Below, piece after piece: positions 47,848-56,581 of a stretch of 64,000 nucleotides of DNA; within the stretch, counting starts at the first letter, position 1; each line of letters begins with the position of its first letter. The translations under genes and the position numbers were made by a program. Under the pieces are notes generated by a model that made no database searches, was not told the origin of the DNA, and was given only the letters and a program-made list of their open reading frames with translations. The DNA comes from an uncultured Syntrophomonadaceae bacterium (GTDB taxonomy: Bacteria > Bacillota > Dethiobacteria > DTU022): assembly GCA_964506505.1 (NCBI GenBank), contig CAZDKY010000005.1, positions 33,880 to 97,879 of the forward strand. The letters run 5' to 3'.

Positions 47848-48504
47848 TCAGGCTTTTTTGTCCTTTTTATAATAAAAAGCACCTACCGGGCAGGCTTCAA
47901 CACAGAGCTTGCACTGGGTGCAGATCGATTCGGCCAGGGTGACACCTTCGAAAGTGGTTATGATACTGTTGATCCCGCGATTGGCAAAACCGATCGCTCC
48001 TACACCCGCTTCTTCCCGGTCGGCCCAGAGACAGCGACCGCATAGCACACAGCGGCTGGGGTCAAAAGCAAATTCATCAGGGCTGTCATCAACAATATGA
48101 TCTCTCTGGATTGCTTTAAAACGCTTTTGCTTCAGTTTGAGGCCCCGTTCCTTGGCAATTTTCTGCAGCTCGCAATTTCCATTGGCAGGGCATTCACGGC
48201 AGTTAAGATTATGATCGGATAGGAGCAGCTCAAAAGCTGTTTTTACCAGTCTATCAATCCTGGTACTCCTGGTTCTAACGACCATTTCCTCTCTCACCAC
48301 CTGGGTACAGGAAGTAACCGGACGAGCCATTCCTTCTATTTCCACAAAACAAAGCCGGCAGCTGGCATTAGACCGCTCTTTCTCTCTGACCGCGCAAAGA
48401 TGGGGAATGTAAATGTCATTATCCAGGGCAACCCAGAGCAACTTCTCACCGGCCCGGGCCTTGATCTTTCGGTCATCTATGGTTATGTTGACATAATCGC
48501 TCAT
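47848..48504 (-). CDS. NuoG/HydA N-terminal-like Fe-S protein ([2Fe-2S] + His-ligated [4Fe-4S] + ferredoxin-type clusters) without a catalytic domain
   Basis: 218 aa. It has a plant-type 2Fe-2S Cys pattern, DHNLNCRECPANGNCELQ, CVLCGRC, and CTQCKLCVEACP. It ends where the hydrogenase or formate-dehydrogenase catalytic domains normally begin. Confidence 0.8.
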   Translation of the reverse strand: MSDYVNITIDDRKIKARAGEKLLWVALDNDIYIPHLCAVREKERSNASCRLCFVEIEGMARPVTSCTQVVREEMVVRTRSTRIDRLVKTAFELLLSDHNLNCRECPANGNCELQKIAKERGLKLKQKRFKAIQRDHIVDDSPDEFAFDPSRCVLCGRCLWADREEAGVGAIGFANRGINSIITTFEGVTLAESICTQCKLCVEACPVGAFYYKKDKKA

Positions 48505-50411
48505 GTTCTCTTCTTCTCCTTTTCAGGCGGCAGGACGGGAGGAGACAGTTTAATTACCGCATTATATTCTGGAGGACAGGCTTTGCGACAGTTGTCACAT
48601 TTAACACATTTCTCCTGGTCTATCGCCTTTAAACCGTCATCCCTGGTATAAATAGCTTCCGTGGGACAGCTGCCAACACAAACGTTGCAAAGCTTGCTGC
48701 ACCTGGAAGGTTCTATGTAAAATAAAACCAGATCACGACAGGCCCGGGCCGGGCAGCGTCCCTCCTCAATGTGCGCTTTATATTCATCCCTAAAATATTT
48801 CAGGGTGGTTAAAACCGGATTTGGCGCAGTGCGTCCCAGATTGCAGAGAGACCCGTCACGGACATCCTCGGCCAGTTCTTCCAACAGAGTAAGTCTTTCT
48901 TCATCGCCATGTCCCCGGGTTATATCGGTCAGGATGTCAAGCATGTGTTTCGTTCCGAGGCGGCAGAAAGTACATTTACCGCAAGATTCCTGCTGGGTAA
49001 ATTCGAGGAAATAGTGAGCCACCGAAACCATACAGTCATCTTCATCCATCACCACCAGGCCACCCGATCCCATGATCGCCCCGGCCTCATGAAGGGAATC
49101 AAAATCAATCGGCACATCAAGAGCCGATTCCGGCAGGCATCCACCGGAAGGGCCCCCGATCTGGACCGCTTTAAATTCCTTACCGTCAGGAAGGCCGCCG
49201 CCCACTTCAAAAATTAATTCCCGCAGAGTTGTTCCCATGGGCACTTCAACCAGACCGGTATTGACAACTTTGCCCACCAGCGAAAAAACAGCCGTCCCCG
49301 GGCTTTCCGGGGTTCCGATACTCTTAAACCAGTCTGCTCCGCGGTTTATTATATGTGGAACATATGAAAAAGTTTTAACATTGTTAATGACAGTAGGTTT
49401 GCCCCACAGGCCCTCCACGGCCGGAAAAGGCGGGCGGTACCGCGGCACACCGCGGCGGCCTTCGATGGAAGAAAGAAGAGCCGTTTCTTCACCGCAGACA
49501 AAAGCTCCGGCACCCTGGAAAACATGAAGATCAAAGTTAAATTCCGTTCCGAGGATGCAAGAACCAAGCACCCCTTTTTCCCGAGCCTGCTTCAGTGCTT
49601 CACGGACTCGTTTGACTGCCCGCGGGTATTCGGCCCTGATGTAGAGATATCCTTCTGTTGCTCCAATAGCATAGGCACAGAGAACCATTCCCTCTATGAC
49701 CTGGTGGGGATCCGATTCCAGAATACTTCGATCCATGAAAGCTCCGGGGTCACCTTCGTCCGCATTGCAAATCACATATTTTTCATCCCCTCCGGCTTTA
49801 AGGCTCGTCTCCCATTTCCGTCCGGTGGGGAAACCGGCGCCCCCTCGCCCTCGCAGGTTGGACGCTTTTACTTCATCCAAAATCCTGGCAGGTTCGTCAC
49901 TTAAAGCTTTTGCCAGAGCCCGGTAACCATCTTTTTCAATATAGCTGTCAATACTTTCCGGATCAATATAACCACACTGCTCCAGGATCAGTTTATTTTC
50001 GTAAACACCACGGGGAAAATCTTCAAAAGTGGGAAAGACATCGTTACGATCTACTGCAGCCAGGGCGTATTCATAACAGGGATCTTCACCGGCAAGAAAA
50101 TCTTCAACCAGCAAGTGGACCAGTCCCTCATCAAGATTCCCATAGGTTATGGCCGGGAAACCTGGTTTAACAATTATCGCCAACGGCTCGGCATAACAGT
50201 GTCCAATACAGCCAACTTCCACAACTTCAGCATCTAGGCCGTGAGCTTCAATCTCCCTGAGGAAAAATTCTTTGACCTGAAGAGCGCCCGCTGCCACACC
50301 ACAGGAAGCCGTGCCAAGCAAAATCCGGGTCCTCTTTCGGAGGGTTTCTTCATTTTGCTTTGCCGCTTCGAACAGCTTTTCATAGTTATCCATGGGGCTG
50401 TCTGCACTCAC
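48501..50411 (-). CDS. NuoF/HydB-like NADH-binding flavoprotein with extra N- and C-terminal Fe-S domains
   Basis: GRGGAGFPTGRKWE FMN/NADH motif, ESCGKCTFCRLG [4Fe-4S], and C-terminal CSKLCNVCVGSCP and CVKCDNCRKACP. Confidence 0.9.
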   Translation of the reverse strand: MSADSPMDNYEKLFEAAKQNEETLRKRTRILLGTASCGVAAGALQVKEFFLREIEAHGLDAEVVEVGCIGHCYAEPLAIIVKPGFPAITYGNLDEGLVHLLVEDFLAGEDPCYEYALAAVDRNDVFPTFEDFPRGVYENKLILEQCGYIDPESIDSYIEKDGYRALAKALSDEPARILDEVKASNLRGRGGAGFPTGRKWETSLKAGGDEKYVICNADEGDPGAFMDRSILESDPHQVIEGMVLCAYAIGATEGYLYIRAEYPRAVKRVREALKQAREKGVLGSCILGTEFNFDLHVFQGAGAFVCGEETALLSSIEGRRGVPRYRPPFPAVEGLWGKPTVINNVKTFSYVPHIINRGADWFKSIGTPESPGTAVFSLVGKVVNTGLVEVPMGTTLRELIFEVGGGLPDGKEFKAVQIGGPSGGCLPESALDVPIDFDSLHEAGAIMGSGGLVVMDEDDCMVSVAHYFLEFTQQESCGKCTFCRLGTKHMLDILTDITRGHGDEERLTLLEELAEDVRDGSLCNLGRTAPNPVLTTLKYFRDEYKAHIEEGRCPARACRDLVLFYIEPSRCSKLCNVCVGSCPTEAIYTRDDGLKAIDQEKCVKCDNCRKACPPEYNAVIKLSPPVLPPEKEKKRT

Positions 50412-50974
50412 TTATTTTCGCCCCCTTCAGCTGCCGATTTTTTCGTTTCTTCTTCTGTTTCTTTTTCTGTCTCTTCTTCCTTCTGGTCCGCGTCCTCAAA
50501 CTCAAGCATCATCCCGTCAACCCTGGTTGGGGTAACATAACCCTCAATGCGATCATCATTAACAACCACAACCGGAGCCAGGGTGCAACAGCCAACGCAG
50601 GCAACCCGCTCCAGGCTGTAGAGGCGATCCGGACTGGTTTCCCCTTCTTCAATTTCCATCCGTCTCTCAAATGATTCCAGGGTAATTTCACCGCCTTTCA
50701 TGTAACAGGCGGTCCCCATGCACACCTTGACCTGGTACTTACCCGGCGGGTTGAGGCGAAACTGGTTATAAAATGTAGCTATACCATAAATATCAACAGC
50801 AGGGATGTCCAATCCCTCGGACAATTTCTCCATCGCCAGGGCAGGGAGATAACCAAGCTTTGATTGGACTCTTTGTAAAGAGGGAATTAAATCTTCCCGA
50901 TTCCGGGAGCTGTTCTGCAGGACTTCTTCCACGGTGGAAAGGATCAGTTCCCTTTCTCCTTCCAGTAGCTGCAC
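50408..50974 (-). CDS. NuoE/HydC-like thioredoxin-fold [2Fe-2S] protein
   Basis: CMGTAC and CVGCC Cys pairs and an acidic E/K tail. GTG start, with a 4-nt overlap with the NuoF-like gene. Confidence 0.85.
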   Translation of the reverse strand: MQLLEGERELILSTVEEVLQNSSRNREDLIPSLQRVQSKLGYLPALAMEKLSEGLDIPAVDIYGIATFYNQFRLNPPGKYQVKVCMGTACYMKGGEITLESFERRMEIEEGETSPDRLYSLERVACVGCCTLAPVVVVNDDRIEGYVTPTRVDGMMLEFEDADQKEEETEKETEEETKKSAAEGGENK

Positions 50975-51109
50975 AGGTTACATCTCCTTGTTCGATATTT
51001 ACTACAGGTTACATTCTAGGTCTATAATAACATACTATTTATAAGTACGTACTAAAATTTTTACCATACCTTGAGAAGTTTAATTATTTGGAATAATATA
51101 TTTAATTTT

Positions 51110-52228
51110 TCAAGAAGAGAGACGATAAACCAGCTCTTCCCGGTAATTAGTAATAATTTTGATATATCCCTGCAGCATTGCATTAACCTGATCATTTCCC
51201 GTGTCGACAAGGAGATGCCCCTGCTCGAGAGTCATTATTTTATTCTTAACCGCTACAACGATTATATTTTTTTTGCCAACTTTTTCAATGATCGCTGCGC
51301 TGATCTGCTGGTTGCCCCGCCCAAAGAGATAGCCCTGTCCGCCAATAACAGTAACAATAATTTTTGCTTTTTTCCCTCCAATCAGATCGAGAATCCGCTG
51401 TTCATTGGCATCGGCTGCCAGTAGTTCTCTGTTGCAGACAACGTCCACCCCGAGCAGTGTATTGGGCAGGTTCAGTCTATCCATGATGGCAGCGGCAGTA
51501 GTCCCCGGTCCGACAATATAAAGGACATCCCGTTCCATTTTTTCAATCACATATTCGGCTATTCCTGCCAGGACCGCTTTCTCGGTCTGTGCTTTTCCTA
51601 CCTTGAGATTTTGCATTAATCCCTCCGCCTCCGGAACGGTCAGATAACCGTAAAGGCGGGCAGAAAGAAAACCGCGGCGGAAAGCTTCTTCATCGATATC
51701 CATGACCTCCGCCCGGCGCAGGGGGTATCCCGTTTCCGTCAGGAACCTTCTGGCTAATCTGCCGGCACTGCGAGGGTTGGTAGCATAAACCGCCGAATGG
51801 ATTTTTACCCCTGCCGGGATCCCGATCACCGGCAGCTCCGACTTTTCACCGAGGGCCGAGCAAATATTACGCGCTGTTCCGTCTCCACCAGCAAAGAGGA
51901 GCAGATCAACACCGCGTTTGACCATCTCCACGGCTGCCTTTTCTGTATCGGCAGCGCTGGTCGGCTCCATAATAGATTCGATCAGTTCCATATTAAAACC
52001 GCAGCGCCGCCCCGCTTCTTTACCCATCCTTCCCGGACAGGTAACCAGCAAAATATTCTCCCGTTTCTCCGATAGCTCCTCCAGGGCCAGTACCGCCTTC
52101 TCGTTAGCTTCCGGTATCGCTCCCATGGATAGCGCCTTTTCAACTATCTGCGGACCGTCGGTTCCCTTCAGACCAACTTTTCCTCCCATGCCGGCAATAG
52201 GGTTGACTATAAGACCTACTTTTTTCAT
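51110..52228 (-). CDS. ATP-NAD kinase-family protein (AcoX-like)
   Basis: 372 aa with GLIVNPIAGMGG and FAGGDGT motifs of the NAD-kinase/diacylglycerol-kinase fold. 4-nt overlap with lpd. Confidence 0.7.
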   Translation of the reverse strand: MKKVGLIVNPIAGMGGKVGLKGTDGPQIVEKALSMGAIPEANEKAVLALEELSEKRENILLVTCPGRMGKEAGRRCGFNMELIESIMEPTSAADTEKAAVEMVKRGVDLLLFAGGDGTARNICSALGEKSELPVIGIPAGVKIHSAVYATNPRSAGRLARRFLTETGYPLRRAEVMDIDEEAFRRGFLSARLYGYLTVPEAEGLMQNLKVGKAQTEKAVLAGIAEYVIEKMERDVLYIVGPGTTAAAIMDRLNLPNTLLGVDVVCNRELLAADANEQRILDLIGGKKAKIIVTVIGGQGYLFGRGNQQISAAIIEKVGKKNIIVVAVKNKIMTLEQGHLLVDTGNDQVNAMLQGYIKIITNYREELVYRLSS

Positions 52229-53631
52229 AATCGCCCCAGGTGAAGAGCGGTTTTATTCACGGCCATGGCCGCTTCCCAGACTGCTTCGGAGAGAGTCGGA
52301 TGGGGATGAATTAGTTCGGCCAGTTCTGCGGCGCCAATCCCCCTGGCTACTGCCAGGGAACCCTCCTGGATCAGGTCGGAAGCATGGGGCCCCAGTATAT
52401 GGAACCCTATAACTTTCTGCTCCCCGCCGGCGGCAATTATTTTCACCACCCCTTCAGTTTCAGCCTGGGTGGCTGCCTTACCACTGGCCGAAAAGGGAAA
52501 TTTGCCGATTTTTAAATCTTCAAATCCCTTTTCTTTGGCCTCTTCTTCACTTAAGCCAACACAGGCCAGCTCGGGATCGGTAAAGAGGCAGGCAGGGACA
52601 ACGGAACCGTCAAAATGAGCTTTTATGCCGGCAATATTTTCAGCGGCCACTACCCCCTGGCGGTAAGCAACATGAGCAAGGTAATAACTTGGAGCGGCAA
52701 CATCACCAATGGCATAAATATGGGGAACCGTGGTTTCCATCTTACTATTCACTTTTATCCCGGAATTATCGTATTCAACACCAAGGGCGTCGAGATCTTG
52801 ATCACCAAAAGTCGGTTTCCGGCCTACGGAAAGGAGGACTTTTTCCGTTTTAATTATTTCTTCGCCCCTGCGGCCGGTCGCGGTCAATCTGAGACCTCCG
52901 TCGATTGTTTCTATTTTCTGCACCGGAGTATTCATCTTAATTTCCAGGCCGGCCCGGCGTATATAAGTAGAAAGGCGGCGGACCATTTCCAGGTCCATGC
53001 GCCGCAATAGTCTTTCACTGCGGTGAACAATGGTCACTTTTGTACCAAGCCCCAAAAATATAGAAGCCATTTCCAGGGCAATCACTCCACCTCCTATGAC
53101 AGCCATCGTTTCCGGTAGCTCTTCAAGAGCCAGCGCTTCGCGGGAAGTAATTACCCCCGGCAGATCCAGGCCGGGAGTGGGCGGATAAATTTCTTCGCTG
53201 CCCGTAGCCAGGATGACGTTTTCCGTTTCCAAATCAACTTCTCCACCCTTATTCAGACCCACAACCACCCGGTGGGGATTCAAGACTTTACCGACCCCGG
53301 CAAAGAAATCGACCTTGCTCCTTTTCAGTAGCTCGGCAACGTGGCCAACCAGCTCATCGACCACCGCCTTTTTCTTTTCCTGCAGTCGGGCATAGGAAAA
53401 TTCTATGTTGTTAAGCTTGAAGCCAAATTCATCAGCCCGCTGGAGACGCCTGTAGAAGGCGGCCCCGTGGGTAAGCACTTTAGTGGGAATACAACCGCGG
53501 TTTAAACAAACGCCGCCAAGATCTTCTTTTTCAACCACCGCTGTTTTCAAGCCAAGCGATCCAGCCCTCAGAGCAGCCAGATAGCCACCAGGACCGCTGC
53601 CGATAATTACAACCCGGTAATTCTCACCCAT
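52225..53631 (-). CDS. lpdA: dihydrolipoyl dehydrogenase
   Basis: IIGSGPGGY FAD motif, redox disulfide GGVCLNRGCIPTK, and a C-terminal HPHPTLSE motif. Confidence 0.95.
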   Translation of the reverse strand: MGENYRVVIIGSGPGGYLAALRAGSLGLKTAVVEKEDLGGVCLNRGCIPTKVLTHGAAFYRRLQRADEFGFKLNNIEFSYARLQEKKKAVVDELVGHVAELLKRSKVDFFAGVGKVLNPHRVVVGLNKGGEVDLETENVILATGSEEIYPPTPGLDLPGVITSREALALEELPETMAVIGGGVIALEMASIFLGLGTKVTIVHRSERLLRRMDLEMVRRLSTYIRRAGLEIKMNTPVQKIETIDGGLRLTATGRRGEEIIKTEKVLLSVGRKPTFGDQDLDALGVEYDNSGIKVNSKMETTVPHIYAIGDVAAPSYYLAHVAYRQGVVAAENIAGIKAHFDGSVVPACLFTDPELACVGLSEEEAKEKGFEDLKIGKFPFSASGKAATQAETEGVVKIIAAGGEQKVIGFHILGPHASDLIQEGSLAVARGIGAAELAELIHPHPTLSEAVWEAAMAVNKTALHLGRL

Positions 53632-54403
53632 CTATTGATTCCCCCTTTTCTTCCTTGAATATGCGTATGCTGGTAAATACAGCAGGGATGACCATGGAAA
53701 AAGCCTTGACCAGGGCCCTGGTCATCTTTTCATAGTTAACATTGCAGCCGAGATCAAGCAGGCCGGCCGCTTTTTCACCCAGTTCAACCCGTTTCCTTTT
53801 ATCACCCAAACGGTGGGGATCCTTTTTCAGGACCCTTTGGTATAGATCGAGAGGCAGGGCAAAGAGAATCGAGCCGTGCTGCAGAACAATTCCTTTCCGG
53901 CGAAGCTGGGCGCTGCCCACTACCTTTTTCCCGTCAACCTGTATTTCATAGGCTGATGGGGTATCGAAACAGGACCCGGGGGCCAATACCGACCGATTTT
54001 CTTTTTCCGGGGTTAGATAAGCAGGTATCCCCAGCAGGTTAAAAGCGGTTATCAGGCCGCGGCTTATGGCGCGATACGAATCCATTACTCCGCCGTTGTT
54101 GATAAAGGGATTCGCTTCAGGGACAATTATACTGTAAGTAAGTTCCCGATCGTGGAGAACAGCCCGCCCCCCGGTAGAGCGACGCACCACATCAATACCA
54201 GCTTCCGCACAGGCAGTCAGGTCAACTACGTCATTCTCATCCTGGAAATAGCCGAGGGAAACGGCGGGAGGCGACCACCGGTAAATACGCAGGGTGGGAA
54301 GGCTTTCCCCGGCAGCAACTTCTTCCATAAGGGCAAGGTCTTTTTCCATATTTTTTTCTCCGCGCAGCGGAGGGTCCAGGATGAGACGCCACTGGTGAAG
54401 CAA
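53624..54403 (-). CDS. lipoate-protein ligase / octanoyltransferase family protein (catalytic domain only)
   Basis: WRLI start, RRSTGGRAVLHD, and GKKVVGSAQ with the conserved Lys. 259 aa with no accessory domain. Confidence 0.85.
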   Translation of the reverse strand: MLHQWRLILDPPLRGEKNMEKDLALMEEVAAGESLPTLRIYRWSPPAVSLGYFQDENDVVDLTACAEAGIDVVRRSTGGRAVLHDRELTYSIIVPEANPFINNGGVMDSYRAISRGLITAFNLLGIPAYLTPEKENRSVLAPGSCFDTPSAYEIQVDGKKVVGSAQLRRKGIVLQHGSILFALPLDLYQRVLKKDPHRLGDKRKRVELGEKAAGLLDLGCNVNYEKMTRALVKAFSMVIPAVFTSIRIFKEEKGESIDG

Positions 54404-54416
54404 GACTGTTTCCTCC

Positions 54417-55394
54417 TTATATTCTCTCCAGGGAAAGCGAAGCCCTTAAATCCCGGAGCACTTTTTCCTTTTCTTCTTTATTAAGAGGACGGTGATAGTT
54501 AAAAAGTGCCCTCCCGGGGCGTTCATTGTAATAAGGTCGGTTGCATCCAGGACATCCGCTCGTTCGAAAAGCATTCCCGTCGCCAAGCAGGAAAATCAAT
54601 TCTTCATCCAGATCACCGAAAGAAACCAGGCGTCCGCCGGAAAATTGAAAAGAAGACAAGCAGGCTAGCTTTTCCCGCAAAAGGTAATGGCCGGCCTGAA
54701 TACGTCGGTAAGAGGTCAGCTCCGGCGGGGGCTGGTTTTCCATGGGGGTTCCTTTCAGCGGCGTAAAAGCGAAGAGAGCAACAGTTATTCCGGCCTGCAG
54801 CAGCTCATCGATCATGGCCAGTATTTCATACTCACTTTCACCGAGGCCACGGATCAGGTGGGTGCTCATCCTGCCGGGATTCTTCTCGGCACAGCGCAGC
54901 AGCAGGTTGAGCCGGTTTTGCAGGGATCCCCCTTTAATTTTCCGATGAGCTTCTTCATTGACTACATCAATCGAAATACTGATCCTGTCCGCACCGGCGT
55001 CAAAGAGCGTTCTCACCTCTTCCTCACTGCTTATCCAGACCGACAGCGAGAGGGGAAGGGTCGATAAGCTCTTCAATCTACCGATCAATTCAAACAGGGG
55101 TTTAATCCCTTCCCTGTGTCTGACTGACTGGAGACAGATCCGTTCTATCCCTTTCTGTTCAGCTGCTGGAAGAGCTCCCTCCACCGCGGACCAGGGATAA
55201 GCGGGCCAGGTGATCCGTCCCAGTTTCTTAAAGCTTTCCCCGCCCCCGCTGCCCTGGGGACAGAAGGCACAGTTCATCAGGCAGCGATTTCCGGACAGCA
55301 GGTAAACTGTAGTTGGATAGGCATCCATACGGCTTTTTGAAAGATCAAGACAGGCAGCGGTGCCTGCTGAAACACGGATCACAGTGAACAACAC
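54417..55394 (-). CDS. radical-SAM protein, biotin-synthase-related; LipS1/LipS2-type lipoyl synthase component (candidate)
   Basis: CLMNCAFCPQ radical-SAM triad near residue 38, and further Cys near the C-terminus (SGCPGCNRPY). It lies between a second radical-SAM gene and the lipoate ligase. Confidence 0.65.
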   Translation of the reverse strand: MLFTVIRVSAGTAACLDLSKSRMDAYPTTVYLLSGNRCLMNCAFCPQGSGGGESFKKLGRITWPAYPWSAVEGALPAAEQKGIERICLQSVRHREGIKPLFELIGRLKSLSTLPLSLSVWISSEEEVRTLFDAGADRISISIDVVNEEAHRKIKGGSLQNRLNLLLRCAEKNPGRMSTHLIRGLGESEYEILAMIDELLQAGITVALFAFTPLKGTPMENQPPPELTSYRRIQAGHYLLREKLACLSSFQFSGGRLVSFGDLDEELIFLLGDGNAFRTSGCPGCNRPYYNERPGRALFNYHRPLNKEEKEKVLRDLRASLSLERI

Positions 55395-56251
55395 TCCTCG
55401 GATAAGGTTATCGACAGGCCAAAATCGTAAGCCAGCTGGCGGGCTCCCGGAGTGGGCAGGACAATCTTGTTAAACCCTGCCCTGATAGCCAGACAGTCAA
55501 GGTCTTCCCGGTAGCGACCGCCGGGGCGCATACATCCCAGATAGAGCGGCGTACCCGGGAACATCAGTCGGGCAGTAGCTAAAAAACGGCCTACCTCGTC
55601 AGATGGCGGCGGATCACAGTTGGCGAATGGGGTTCCGGCAGTAGGACGGAAAACAAGCATACTGATCGCTTCCACCGCTTCCTGCCGTAACATTTCGAGC
55701 GCTTTGTATTCTCCTTTTATCACCCCGCAGCTGAGGCCGATACAGAGATGGGGCACTACACGGGAATATTTCTGCAGGCTGCGGTAAGAAGCAAGATAAT
55801 CTTCCACGGTGGCCGGCAGTCCATAAACGGAGGCAATCGTTTCATTATCACCAACAAAATCAAAGGAGATCACCGAGGATATTTCAGACAACCGGGCGGC
55901 TTCCGTATCGGAAACGAGTCCGGTATGCATATTGAGCCTCCCCCGGCTTGCCAGTTCCTTAAGTTCAGCCCATCTCTCCAGCAGGGGAACTCGCCCTTCC
56001 CTGGTGCATCCGCCGGAAACCAGATAACTTTTCTCCCGGCCTTTTTTGCCCGGCAGAACTTTTTCCAGCGGAACCATGTGCTGCAGATATACGCCGGCAC
56101 AGTGGGCACAGTTGAGGTCACAGTGTCCCCCTGTAACAGAAACCGAAAGGGTCCGGTTGGGAGCTGAAAACTCAATACTGTCCGGGAAAAAGGTTCTTCG
56201 CACTTCCCAGGCCCTTTCAAGCAAACGTTCCAATTCAGGATTACCGGCCAA
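55379..56251 (-). CDS. radical-SAM protein, biotin-synthase-related; LipS1/LipS2-type lipoyl synthase component (candidate)
   Basis: CDLNCAHCAG radical-SAM triad. 290 aa. 16-nt overlap with the next radical-SAM gene. TTG start preceded by GGAGG. Confidence 0.65.
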   Translation of the reverse strand: MAGNPELERLLERAWEVRRTFFPDSIEFSAPNRTLSVSVTGGHCDLNCAHCAGVYLQHMVPLEKVLPGKKGREKSYLVSGGCTREGRVPLLERWAELKELASRGRLNMHTGLVSDTEAARLSEISSVISFDFVGDNETIASVYGLPATVEDYLASYRSLQKYSRVVPHLCIGLSCGVIKGEYKALEMLRQEAVEAISMLVFRPTAGTPFANCDPPPSDEVGRFLATARLMFPGTPLYLGCMRPGGRYREDLDCLAIRAGFNKIVLPTPGARQLAYDFGLSITLSEECCSL

Positions 56252-56581
56252 TTTTCTATACCTCCGCTAAATAATATCACAGGCATCCCATTGAGGGCTG
56301 AGATGTTAAACCTTATTTCCAGCCCGGTCCCATTAATCCTGCAAATTAAACCCTGCTTTTTTAGAATTAAAATCTACCTGATTAAAAAAGATTCATTTTG
56401 TTGCTTCTGGTTAAAAACAAACTTCAAATTTAATATACCTTAACACCGATCTCCTGCTTCCAATTTCAAACATCCAACATCCGCTTTCTGACTTCCGAAA
56501 TCTGACATTCCATCTCCGATGAAAGAGGGGAAGTACGAAACCACTTTCCTTCCGACTTCCCCTTTCAACTGTATACTTAGC

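Noticed and set aside
48501-50411. Checked the NuoF/NuoG-like genes and the gcv genes for in-frame TGA (selenocysteine) or frameshifts.
   Set aside because: All of these ORFs are continuous at full family length. No interrupted frames or SECIS-like context were seen.
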